Shown here in pieces: positions 19,343 to 28,399 of a stretch of 64,000 nucleotides of DNA. Made by a program: the position numbers and the translations under genes. The notes under the pieces were generated by a model that did not search any database, was not told where the DNA came from, and saw nothing but the letters and a program-made list of their open reading frames with translations. The stretch is taken from positions 575 through 64,574 of the forward strand of contig JBKECA010000285.1 in NCBI GenBank assembly GCA_047973435.1. The letters are read 5' to 3'. The DNA comes from Planctomycetaceae bacterium (GTDB lineage: Bacteria > Planctomycetota > Planctomycetia > Planctomycetales > Planctomycetaceae). Position 1 is the stretch's first letter. Each line of letters opens with the position of its first letter.

Positions 19343-21179
19343 TCGCAGGCTCGTTAGCCGTCGCAGTTGTCGCTGGCGATGCCGTCGCGGCGGGGGCGGG
19401 AGAATCGTCAACTGGCTGGGCCGCGGACGATTCAATCGCAGCCGGTCTGGCACCTTCGGGAAGAGTTCGAGAAGCTGCATCGGGAGTTGTCGGCGGCGCG
19501 TCCTCGATCCGCTTGGCCTCGCTCAGTGGAACGTCCATCTCCACTCGCAGACGCCCCGTGGTGGTTTCGATCTCCATCGACCGACGGTCCACCTCCACAA
19601 CGCGCCCGGCGATATCAGCAATCTGGAAGTTATCTCCGACTTTCAACGTCCAGCTTTTGTTGTTCGAGCGGTCATACAGGTAGGCCGTCATTTGGCCCGG
19701 ACTGCCGATGGAACCCGACAGGTAGGTGAATGGACGAGGATCATCCTGCACGTTGAGGTTCAGCACGCTCGTTGCCGAGAGTGGCGGACTTCCCTGGTCG
19801 GCAACCTGCACTGTCACTGAAACAACGCCCGGTTCGGTCGTGTTGGGAACGGTCCATTTGATTTGCCCGCTGCGGGCATCAATGGTCATTCCTTCTGGGA
19901 GCTGCCCTGTCAGGCTATAGGTCAACTGGTCCGGCTGCTCCGCATCGCTGCCTTGAACCGTCGCGGTCCATTCCCGGCCAATCCAGGCCGTCGGCAACTC
20001 CGCGGGGGGTGGCAGTTGGGGAGGGAGGTTGGGATCGCGAAGGTTGATATTGAACTCGGTCGACAACGCGATCTGGTCATTCGTGGTCGAAGTCACCCGC
20101 ACCTGCACCGGATACTCTCCCGACTCGGTGGTGACTGCCGGGTTCCAGGTAATCCGCCCCTCTTTGTCGATCTGCATCGAGGCCGGACTGAAGTCGTCCA
20201 GACCATACTTCGCGGGGCCATTGGCGGGGTCCCACCCGGAGAGTTTGACCTGCAGCGACAGCGGCTGCCCTTTCATCAGCGTCTGGCTAGGAATCGTTGC
20301 GAGCTTCGGCTCATAAACAAACGGGGGACGCGGCTTGGCAAACGGGCCATTCGACAGCAGCCGCTCATACTCATTGACGGATTGCGGTCTCTGCGAATCG
20401 AGATCGCGGTTCAGCGGGGCATATTCCACCAGTGCCCCCGCCTCATGGCCTTCGGGTGTTGTCGCGTCGTCCCCACGTGTGACGCTCCAGCGGCCCCCGT
20501 CACGCTTTGTCGCGGTCAGGAACTCATGACCAATCCGCACGCGGAGCGCTTCATCAGGCGGGAATGACGTCGATGGTTCGACCTCGATTACCCCCGCGTC
20601 CGAATCGACCGGCTGCTTCAGAATTGTTCGCGGGAAGATCCGGGACCGCTGCGGGGCATCTCGCAGAGCAATCCCTTCGGCAACCAGGGTGACCTTAAGC
20701 CGCGGATCTCCTTCCGTCTCAGGCGACGACAGATCGCACTTCGTGATCCGGTGCATCAGGCCCGTACGCTCGAAATGAAAGAGAAAGGTCGCGACCTCGC
20801 GGAGCGTTGCCTCCGCGGACAAGACGACCGGGATCGTCGTGAACACCTGGGCGGACGGGTTGCGGCTCCCCAACTGGGGTTCAATGCGTTGCCAACCAGA
20901 CAATCGCGCCAGTTCGACCAGCCATTCCGAGTACACCCGCTGGGCGTTGAGCGGATCGGGTGGCAGGCTGTCGACCGACCAGAGCATCAGTTCGTGTTCT
21001 TGAGTTGCCAGCGTCTCCGCCTGCTTGGTCTTCGTTTCCACCTGACTCGTCAACTCGTCACGGCGATTGATGCGGGATTGGAACGGCCCCAGCAGGATGC
21101 CTTCCAGCATCGGCAGCACGACCCAGAAGCCGACGGCTCCCAGCAGGATAATCAGAAGTGTTTTCTCGCGCTGCTGCAT
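19320..21179 (-). CDS. GspM/PilO-like bitopic protein with two cadherin/Ig-like repeats and an Ala/Pro/Thr-rich tail
   Basis: 619-aa ORF with an N-terminal TM (TLLIILLGAVGFWVVLPML) followed by a coiled segment, as in GspM/PilO. Two ~90-aa repeats follow (..GRITWNPAVTTESGEYPVQVRV.. and ..GQIKWTVPNTTEPGVVSVTVQV..). It is the last gene of the pseudopilin operon. Confidence 0.55.
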   Translation of the reverse strand: MQQREKTLLIILLGAVGFWVVLPMLEGILLGPFQSRINRRDELTSQVETKTKQAETLATQEHELMLWSVDSLPPDPLNAQRVYSEWLVELARLSGWQRIEPQLGSRNPSAQVFTTIPVVLSAEATLREVATFLFHFERTGLMHRITKCDLSSPETEGDPRLKVTLVAEGIALRDAPQRSRIFPRTILKQPVDSDAGVIEVEPSTSFPPDEALRVRIGHEFLTATKRDGGRWSVTRGDDATTPEGHEAGALVEYAPLNRDLDSQRPQSVNEYERLLSNGPFAKPRPPFVYEPKLATIPSQTLMKGQPLSLQVKLSGWDPANGPAKYGLDDFSPASMQIDKEGRITWNPAVTTESGEYPVQVRVTSTTNDQIALSTEFNINLRDPNLPPQLPPPAELPTAWIGREWTATVQGSDAEQPDQLTYSLTGQLPEGMTIDARSGQIKWTVPNTTEPGVVSVTVQVADQGSPPLSATSVLNLNVQDDPRPFTYLSGSIGSPGQMTAYLYDRSNNKSWTLKVGDNFQIADIAGRVVEVDRRSMEIETTTGRLRVEMDVPLSEAKRIEDAPPTTPDAASRTLPEGARPAAIESSAAQPVDDSPAPAATASPATTATANEPANEPATDR

Positions 21180-21197
21180 GAGAATTCAGAACGAAGT

Positions 21198-22685
21198 CTA
21201 AGTGGCCGGTGTGCTGCGGGATGTTCTCTGAGGCGCAGGCAGCCGACTTGCATCCAGGGTGAACTTGTGAGGATAGTCGGGGTCGAGCTTATAAAAGTCG
21301 CTCACCTGTGGTTGCAGCTTGTAACCCGCTGCCGTCAGGGTATCGAACAGATTGGTAATATCCCGTTCCGTTCGGGCGATGCCGCTGCCCGTGACGCGGG
21401 CCAGCTCTCCCTGGCGACCGGGGAGCACTTGCAGATCGAGCAGTAACAGCCGATCCGTTCCCGGCAGCAGTTTGTTAAGGCGATCAATTTCTTCGAGAGG
21501 ATGAACCTCCGACGCCACCCAGGCCTGAATGCGGCCGTGGGCATCGCGCGTTGGACCTGCCTGTGACAGGGTGTTACCGAGTTCTCCGTCCCTCTTCTCG
21601 AGTACTGCAATCTGCGAACCGAGATGGCTCGCATACCACCACGCCAAAAGACCAATCAGCAGCGCTGCGGCCCCGGCCCGGATGCCGTAATAGATCAGCT
21701 GCTCTTTTCGCAGGTCGCGCGGCACCGGCGGCTTGCGCGGATTGACAAAGTCGACCGACGGGACTGTCCGCTTCAACTCGCCGAGCACAGCCCCCATAGC
21801 CGGCGCCAATCCCGCCAGTCGCACGGACAGCGAGTTCTCCATTGGCAGCAGAGACTGGTCATTGGCCGGATCAATCACATGCAGCTGGCCGCTGAACCGC
21901 TCGGAGAGGGCCTGCTCGAGGGCAGGGTCGACGGCGCCGTCATGGATTAGACAGACTCGGCCAACGTCGACCGTCGAGTGCATCAGCTGGCCGAACGTGA
22001 TGATCGACCGGCTGATCTCCGCCATCGTCCCGCGAACCGCGCGCGGATTACCGGGGTCGACCCGAGTATGGTGGGTGAACACCAACCCAAGATTCTGCAA
22101 GATCGACAGTTCGACCCGGCGCTCGTCCTGGAAAATGACCAGTGTGGCGAGGTTGGGATCGTCTCCCCGTTGCTGCTCACGTCGAATGGCCACTTCCGCA
22201 ACGGCAAACGGGCTGGTCTGAATCGACTTCAGTTCCAGACCGGCGGAGCTGCAGACTTTCTGCAGATGGTCAACTCGCTTGCGGTCAAGCGTCGCCATCA
22301 GGGCTGGTCGCGCCTGTTCGCCTTCGATCGGTGGTAGTGGGACAAAGTCGAGCGTCAGCTGGTCCAGTGGAGTGGCCGATTTGGCGGCCGCCTGAAAACG
22401 GACCAGCTCTGGAAGTTCGTCATCCGGAGCATGGGGCAGTTCCAGTCGTCGCGTCACCACTTCTTCGCGGGGGAGCACGACGATGGTCGTTCGTCCGGAA
22501 ACCCCCGCCTCGTGCAGCTGCTGACGAATCCAGTCCCCCAGCGCCGTCGGTTCCTGCTCCGGATCGATCGCCTTCGGCCATTCCCACTGCAGCGCCCGCA
22601 GGACGCGCACGGCCCCTCCCGCGATCTCGGCTTCGATACAGCCGAGACAATCGGGATTCCAGTCGAGCGATACGAGATGGGACAT
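21198..22685 (-). CDS. GspL/PilM-PilN-like assembly platform protein
   Basis: 495-aa ORF with an N-terminal actin-like PilM/GspL-type domain, a central TM (AAALLIGLLAWWYA) and a periplasmic C-terminal domain. It sits after gspK, as in canonical gsp operons. Confidence 0.6.
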   Translation of the reverse strand: MSHLVSLDWNPDCLGCIEAEIAGGAVRVLRALQWEWPKAIDPEQEPTALGDWIRQQLHEAGVSGRTTIVVLPREEVVTRRLELPHAPDDELPELVRFQAAAKSATPLDQLTLDFVPLPPIEGEQARPALMATLDRKRVDHLQKVCSSAGLELKSIQTSPFAVAEVAIRREQQRGDDPNLATLVIFQDERRVELSILQNLGLVFTHHTRVDPGNPRAVRGTMAEISRSIITFGQLMHSTVDVGRVCLIHDGAVDPALEQALSERFSGQLHVIDPANDQSLLPMENSLSVRLAGLAPAMGAVLGELKRTVPSVDFVNPRKPPVPRDLRKEQLIYYGIRAGAAALLIGLLAWWYASHLGSQIAVLEKRDGELGNTLSQAGPTRDAHGRIQAWVASEVHPLEEIDRLNKLLPGTDRLLLLDLQVLPGRQGELARVTGSGIARTERDITNLFDTLTAAGYKLQPQVSDFYKLDPDYPHKFTLDASRLPAPQRTSRSTPAT

Positions 22686-22965
22686 TCCGGATCAGGTTAA
22701 AATTGTGCCGAGCAGGCCCAACGGGGAACCGCTATGCTGGCACGTCGTACGCGCTTACAGTGCTGCATTGTCTCATCGGCAGGCGATCTCGGGCAATGAG
22801 ACTTCCTTCCAGGAAGAACGGATAAACGGCGCAGAATCGACAGGCGAACAGGTTCTTTCGGATGACGGCGACCCTGGCACCGGGATCGAACCTGACGGTC
22901 GCACCGGCAATGGCAGTCACACCAATTCTAGCAGTTGACCACGCTGAGGCTTCTCGGATCGCCCC

Positions 22966-24657
22966 CTACTGCGAATTGGTGGTTGGTTGCAGCTGATCGA
23001 GGCGATACCCCGATCCCAGTTCGGTCAGATCGCGACGAAAGGTGATTTTGGGCAGATCGTCACTGGCGTCAATTATCGCCTCCACACGACAGCTCGGGCC
23101 GGGGCCGGTAAAACGTCCTACCGCCTGCACCCGGTAAACGTCGCCACCGGTCGTGACGAAGGCATCCAGTTCCCGCATTTTGGTTACATCGGCGAGTCCT
23201 TCCAGCAGAATCCAGCCGGTGTTGGTCCGCTGGGCCATCAGATCGTCAACGGCAATGTCTCCCCCCACCGTTGGCCGCGAAGCGATGATCCCCGCCGCCA
23301 GGTCCGTCGTCATCCACGGAATGGTCAGCAGCGTCGCCTCACGGGCTTCGTTGACATTAATCCGACCGTTAATTGTCGACGAGGAATCCGTCGCAAAGTT
23401 TTCCAGCAGCAGTTTCAGGCTTTCGCTGTCGGCGGATAAGGGACTGCTCAGCGTCGCCGGCTGCCCGTTCACCGTGGCTGCCACTTCCGCGCCCAGCAAC
23501 TCGAACAGCGACTCGATATCCGTCGTCGCCCCTTGAGACAGATCGAGGCCGCCGCGGGTGACGGATCCCTGTTCGGCGCCGCCGGTGATCTGTCGCGCCA
23601 TCGACGTCGCCAGATTCTGCAATGCCGCATCGGTATCGACATCTCCCGTACTGTTGTCCGCCAGGGTTGTCGTCTCCAACGGCTCGACATTGGTGGCACC
23701 AAACAGTCGATAGGCGGTAATAAAGGTCGCGAGGTCTTCGTCGTATTCGTCAGCAATCTGATCGTATAGCTCGGTCAACAGCGATTGATTGACGTCGATC
23801 TTTGCACTTTCATCCGGCCGCAGGTTGCTCTCGCTGCTATTTGTCGTGAGGTAAACACTCCAGCCGACATCCAGCACTCCGTCGGCGTTGTCCAGCGGCA
23901 GCGACGCCTCACCGTCGTTTTCGTTCGGGTCCAGAATGCCGTTTCGGTTGGCGTCTTCCCCGTAAAGCAATGCCGGCGTGACCCCCCGCACCTTCAACAG
24001 ATCATCAATCGATTCCAGTTCCCCATCGGCTGGATCGTACGGAGGTGCCAGACTCTGGTAGTAGTCGAATTCGCATCCAGACTCGCGCGGGTCCGTGTCT
24101 GTGTCAATCCAGTCCAGAATCGCATCGGCGATTTCATCGGTCATATTCGGCAGCGCGGTCAGCATGAACCGCTGCGTCTCGGCGTCGAGTTCATAGTTCA
24201 GAATTGTATTCAGGTTCAGTCTGGCCGATTCATTCATCAGACCAAAGCGAACGGTCTGCGACGAACTGTCGTGCTCCGATGATGCAATAATACTGAACCA
24301 GCCCTGTCCCTCGACCGCGTCCGACGTCACGACATTGATGGCCCCGAACAACGCTGGATTGTGATAGTAGTTGGGCTGATCGCCGATATCGATGACCGGA
24401 TTGCCCAACTGGGCAGCGACGTAATCGATGGCCGAGTTTGCCAGCTCACGGGCCTGTGCATCGCGGGAATACTGCCGCGTCGCTCGCGACTCCACCACCA
24501 TCAGCTCTGAGAATGTGTACGCCGCCAGTGACAGCAGGGTAATCACCACCAGCACGACCAGCAGAGCCGTTCCGCGACGGACACCATGCGGCAATGAACT
24601 CGCCGGTCGCACGCGGATCGGTTGCACACGGATCGGTTGGAAGCGGATCGGTTGCAC
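22966..24657 (-). CDS. gspK: type II secretion minor pseudopilin GspK-like protein
   Basis: 563-aa ORF with the hydrophobic segment GTALLVVLVVITLLSLAAYTF without a conserved Glu5, and large size, both typical of GspK. It follows three small pseudopilin genes. Confidence 0.7.
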   Translation of the reverse strand: MQPIRFQPIRVQPIRVRPASSLPHGVRRGTALLVVLVVITLLSLAAYTFSELMVVESRATRQYSRDAQARELANSAIDYVAAQLGNPVIDIGDQPNYYHNPALFGAINVVTSDAVEGQGWFSIIASSEHDSSSQTVRFGLMNESARLNLNTILNYELDAETQRFMLTALPNMTDEIADAILDWIDTDTDPRESGCEFDYYQSLAPPYDPADGELESIDDLLKVRGVTPALLYGEDANRNGILDPNENDGEASLPLDNADGVLDVGWSVYLTTNSSESNLRPDESAKIDVNQSLLTELYDQIADEYDEDLATFITAYRLFGATNVEPLETTTLADNSTGDVDTDAALQNLATSMARQITGGAEQGSVTRGGLDLSQGATTDIESLFELLGAEVAATVNGQPATLSSPLSADSESLKLLLENFATDSSSTINGRINVNEAREATLLTIPWMTTDLAAGIIASRPTVGGDIAVDDLMAQRTNTGWILLEGLADVTKMRELDAFVTTGGDVYRVQAVGRFTGPGPSCRVEAIIDASDDLPKITFRRDLTELGSGYRLDQLQPTTNSQ

Positions 24658-25625
24658 TAGAGCGCCTCCACATACGGCTCGGCCAGCGGCAGCGCGACGA
24701 CATGCCGTCGAATCTCCAGCACCTCATTCATGGCGGCTCTGGCGGTCGGGTTGAACTGATTCGCCAGACGCTCATCCTCCGAGACGATGCGCTTCATTCC
24801 AATTCTGACCTCCACGGCATTCGGCAACCTCTGTGCCGCGACACTATCCCACTCCGTTTGCCAGTTCAGACCGTCGAAATACCGAAACGACAGCGACACC
24901 ACTTCCGGCGCAAGCACACGCGACGCCTGCGCCAGCGAACTGAGGTCGTTCTCCTGATCCGCCTGGTCAATCGCCATCCGGTCCCCCGCCAGGCGGGCCA
25001 GCCCCTGGGGCCCGCTTTCCGTCAATCCCAGTGCGGCACCGCTCTGCTGCTGAGCCTGCTGACCAACTTCGCCTTCCAGACCACTGCTGCTGGCGTTCGC
25101 CAGAAAATACGTCACTGATTGCAGGTCACTGGTCCGCACATCGAGCGCTGCTCCTGTGGTCACAATGGAATAATTGAGGTCGCGTGCCGGGCGGTTGATG
25201 TGCAGCGTCAGCTTTACGGCATCGCCAATCAGCCCCACGCTGGTGGACTGCACCGCCGATTCCGGATCGACCGCGGTAATGGTTTCCGTCGTTGACGACG
25301 CGTCTGCTGACGAGCCATCTGTGGAATCCGCGGTCGTCGAAGTGCCACTGGTCACCGAAGTTTCACTGCTCTCGTCAGACTCCTCCTCGGACACGCGAAA
25401 GAGCACGGACTGGATGTCGAGCGTCATTTGGCGAAACAGCGCTCGCGCCACACGCGACCGCTCGATGACTGAGGCATCCGCCTGTGAGACGCGAATGTAA
25501 AGGCTGATTGCCGAGTAGATCGCCGTCACGAGCAGCACGCTCATCCCGAGTGCCACCATAACTTCCAGCAGCGTAAAACCGCGACGATTGAGTCCACCGC
25601 GGAATGGATGCGTCGACACGCGCAT
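24657..25625 (-). CDS. prepilin-type N-terminal cleavage/methylation domain protein (GspJ-like pseudopilin)
   Basis: N-terminus RRGFTLLEVMVALGMSVLL. The 322-aa size and operon position match GspJ. Confidence 0.6.
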   Translation of the reverse strand: MRVSTHPFRGGLNRRGFTLLEVMVALGMSVLLVTAIYSAISLYIRVSQADASVIERSRVARALFRQMTLDIQSVLFRVSEEESDESSETSVTSGTSTTADSTDGSSADASSTTETITAVDPESAVQSTSVGLIGDAVKLTLHINRPARDLNYSIVTTGAALDVRTSDLQSVTYFLANASSSGLEGEVGQQAQQQSGAALGLTESGPQGLARLAGDRMAIDQADQENDLSSLAQASRVLAPEVVSLSFRYFDGLNWQTEWDSVAAQRLPNAVEVRIGMKRIVSEDERLANQFNPTARAAMNEVLEIRRHVVALPLAEPYVEAL

Positions 25626-25626
25626 G

Positions 25627-26094
25627 TTATTCCTCCGCCGCGAGTGCGGCCTCGAGGAACAGGTCCGGGCTCCGCGTCAGTCGCGACAGAGTTACCGTGC
25701 CAGTCGGAGATTCGCCCGGCGGCTGATAGTAAGCGGTCACGTCCAGACGCACGAGATCGACATGCGGCCCTTCCGAGACCGTCAGCCCCCATTGCCAGTT
25801 GGGATCGTCGTCAAACGGCAATGCCGCCGCAGTCTGCATCGGATGCACTCCGGCCAGAACTTCACTGAGCGCCGTTTCCGCCCGCAGGACAGCATCTGCT
25901 TCCAGGCGTGCCTCCACAGACGCCCGTGACCCAAGAGTGATCAGCTGGCCAATCGCCGTCATCGCGACCAGAAAGATCCCCAAGGCCAGCATGACCTCCA
26001 GCAGGGTGAGGCCATGACGCTGCGACGTCGTTGTTTGTTGGTCGAGTCCCTGAGCAGCCAGCGCTTGATCGGATCGGAAACAATTCGCAGTCAT
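25627..26094 (-). CDS. prepilin-type pseudopilin (GspI-like)
   Basis: 155-aa ORF with the processing motif HGLTLLEVMLALGIFLVAM. Position is between the H-like and J-like genes. Confidence 0.6.
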   Translation of the reverse strand: MTANCFRSDQALAAQGLDQQTTTSQRHGLTLLEVMLALGIFLVAMTAIGQLITLGSRASVEARLEADAVLRAETALSEVLAGVHPMQTAAALPFDDDPNWQWGLTVSEGPHVDLVRLDVTAYYQPPGESPTGTVTLSRLTRSPDLFLEAALAAEE

Positions 26095-26921
26095 AGCCGC
26101 CGCTCCCGCACCAGCGGTCCCGACTGCACGCTGCCGGTCAGCCCCCGCAGGCTGATCTCGATTCGTCGTTCGCTGTCGTCGATCACGGCCACCGTCGCAT
26201 CATCAGCCGTGCCGTCCGAATAGAAGCGGATCGCGGGAGCCCAGCTCGTCTCCCTAAGCAAGTTCGCATCCGGCAGCATCGTCAGCCACTCGTCCGGAAG
26301 TTTCTCCGTAACCACCGCCTGATCCGCATGGGTGACCGCGTTGCGAACCTGCGGCACGTCGAACTCGCATGGCTCTGCAATAGTCCCCGAAAGTACAGGA
26401 ACGCTGACTGTCAGGGTCGGCGTCGTCACTGTCGACGAACTCGTACTGGTACTGCCGCCACTGCCGGTGTCCGGACGATCGTACGGAAGCACCACAAACT
26501 TGCGGCCGCCGGGCTCGAAGCGGAACTGGTATGTCAGACCCTGGTCAATCGCCTTGATGCGGGCGTTGTTCAACTCGACGCGAATGGTATGCGCCTGCTC
26601 GCGAATGCTCCGCTCGCGGATGTAGCGCAGCAGTGGTGGCCATGTGAGGCTGGCCAGGACAAGCAGGATCGTCAGAACCAGAATTACTTCCAGCAGGGTG
26701 AATCCGTGACACGCGGCTCGACGACGACCTGCAGCCCAACGTTGACCAGAGTTGGAGAGCCAGGCCGATGCCGGGAGAAACGTCCCATCGCCAACGCAGA
26801 CAGCCTCGTTGTCCAACGAAGTCGACGGTTGACTCCGTTCAGGCAAGACCGGCGACCATCGTGCGTGAGACAGGCACGTCACGCCATACGGTCTCGATCC
26901 ACCAGTAAGACGGATTGGCAT
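26091..26921 (-). CDS. prepilin-type pseudopilin (GspH-like), start uncertain
   Basis: The motif HGFTLLEVILVLTILLVLASL lies about 150 codons into the 357-aa ORF (26091-27164). The nearest upstream ATG is 26921 and a TTG lies at 26816. The long N-terminal extension is unlikely to be translated. Confidence 0.55.
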   Translation of the reverse strand: MPIRLTGGSRPYGVTCLSHARWSPVLPERSQPSTSLDNEAVCVGDGTFLPASAWLSNSGQRWAAGRRRAACHGFTLLEVILVLTILLVLASLTWPPLLRYIRERSIREQAHTIRVELNNARIKAIDQGLTYQFRFEPGGRKFVVLPYDRPDTGSGGSTSTSSSTVTTPTLTVSVPVLSGTIAEPCEFDVPQVRNAVTHADQAVVTEKLPDEWLTMLPDANLLRETSWAPAIRFYSDGTADDATVAVIDDSERRIEISLRGLTGSVQSGPLVRERRL

Positions 26922-27223
26922 GGCGACACTCGCGACGCGTGAGAATCTCAAAAGCGATCCGAGAATCTGGTGTGGCTGCGTTGTGTCGGAATGGGGTCGG
27001 CTGCCAGGCGGAACGACGAGGCGACTCCCATGACGAGTCGTCGAGGAGTTCCAACGCCGCAGACGGCCCCATCCCGACGCAACCCGAAGGGACGTCGGCC
27101 CTTGTGGCTCCCGCCCGCGTCGTTCGTTATCAGCCGGCCGATTTTTGACCTGTCTCCTCCTCACTCCGTGGCGGGAACCACAAGGTCCAACGCTGCCGTC
27201 ACGCCAACGTCCCGGATGGTCTC

Positions 27224-27718
27224 TTACTTGGAGTTGTCCACAGTCCAGTTGTTAATGTCATCGCCGCTGCCGCTTTGATTCTCTCCATCCGGCCCCGCCG
27301 ACCAGATCTTCGGTTTGCCCAGGCTGGCAGTGTCGCCCGAGCCGTTCCATTCGTAGTACAACTTGCGACCCCAGCCATCCTTGAACGGCTCATCGGTATA
27401 AGGTTCAACCTGCCGGCCGTCCTTTTGCTCTGGCTGCATCAGCATGTTCCAGACATCTTCGTTTCCGCTGGCTTTGGGGTAGTTGCCGAAATTGTCTTTG
27501 GCGTACAGGTTGAGCGCGCCCTCGGCATTCTTGATGGCGACCTTGCTGGCATCGATGTATGCCTGCCGCTGCTGGCCGAGCAATCGAGGAACAACCATCG
27601 CGGCGATGACGCCGATAATCGCCAGCACGATCAGCACCTCTAGCAGTGTGAAGCCCCGACGACGCCGGGATAGCGAACGCGAGGGAACAACGGAGTTACG
27701 GGAACGCACCTGCATCAT
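27224..27718 (-). CDS. gspG: type II secretion major pseudopilin GspG
   Basis: 164-aa product from ATG 27718 (MMQVRSRNS...RRRRGFTLLEVLIVLAIIGVIAAMVVPRLLGQQ). The C-terminal part (YPKASG...WGRKLYY...GPDG) is typical of GspG. The ORF-track extension to 28510 is rejected. Confidence 0.85.
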   Translation of the reverse strand: MMQVRSRNSVVPSRSLSRRRRGFTLLEVLIVLAIIGVIAAMVVPRLLGQQRQAYIDASKVAIKNAEGALNLYAKDNFGNYPKASGNEDVWNMLMQPEQKDGRQVEPYTDEPFKDGWGRKLYYEWNGSGDTASLGKPKIWSAGPDGENQSGSGDDINNWTVDNSK

Positions 27719-28399
27719 CAAAAGGCTCCTGATTCCTCGACAAACTCGTATCCGGCCACCCACAATCGAGATGGCATAAGAACTCTCGCCGAACTCAAAT
27801 GTTTGTGCCCGCCGTTTCGACTGAGGCCGTTTCGACTGAGATGGCTCAGGCGTCCACCGGCCGCGAGGGAGAACGTATCCTCTTTGGCCGCCTGCGGCAT
27901 GACACCGGCGTGTCTCCACAACCTCACTGGCAGCCGGGAGATACAACCTCATTAGGAAGGTATACGCAGGCTGCAATGCCCTGTCTACAGCGAATTGCAC
28001 GGGGCCGCGTTCTCGCGAGAAGAATGGGGTCGGAGATTCCCGTCGCTCTTGTCGCCGTTCCCGCTGCCAGCGAACGGGTTCAAATCCGAGGTCGAGATCC
28101 TGGCGCCCCGTCGGCCTGGAGTCCTGCCGGCCCGACCCGTCAGCTCCGGGAATCCATCGCGGACGGGCTGGCTCCGTTGCCTGCAAGTCTGCTACAGTTC
28201 GGCACTTGTGAAAGCTTGCACCCGTAGGCGTTCGGTGAGGCCGAAAGTGGTTCGGTGTCGCGCCGACGGGGCGACTGTATTCTCTTTTGATTGTGTCGCC
28301 CGAGAGAGTCTTGCGTCGGTTGGCGGACGAATGAGTCGTCCGTTTCAAACCGCGGCGAACCTCACAGGGCGGGGACAACTTCGGGAACCCCTGACTGCT

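Noticed and set aside
28076-28087. tRNA-like T-loop sequence GGGTTCAAATCC in the gspG-rpsA spacer.
   Set aside because: The flanking bases cannot form a 5-bp T-stem (ACGGG versus CCGAG), and no acceptor or anticodon arms are evident.
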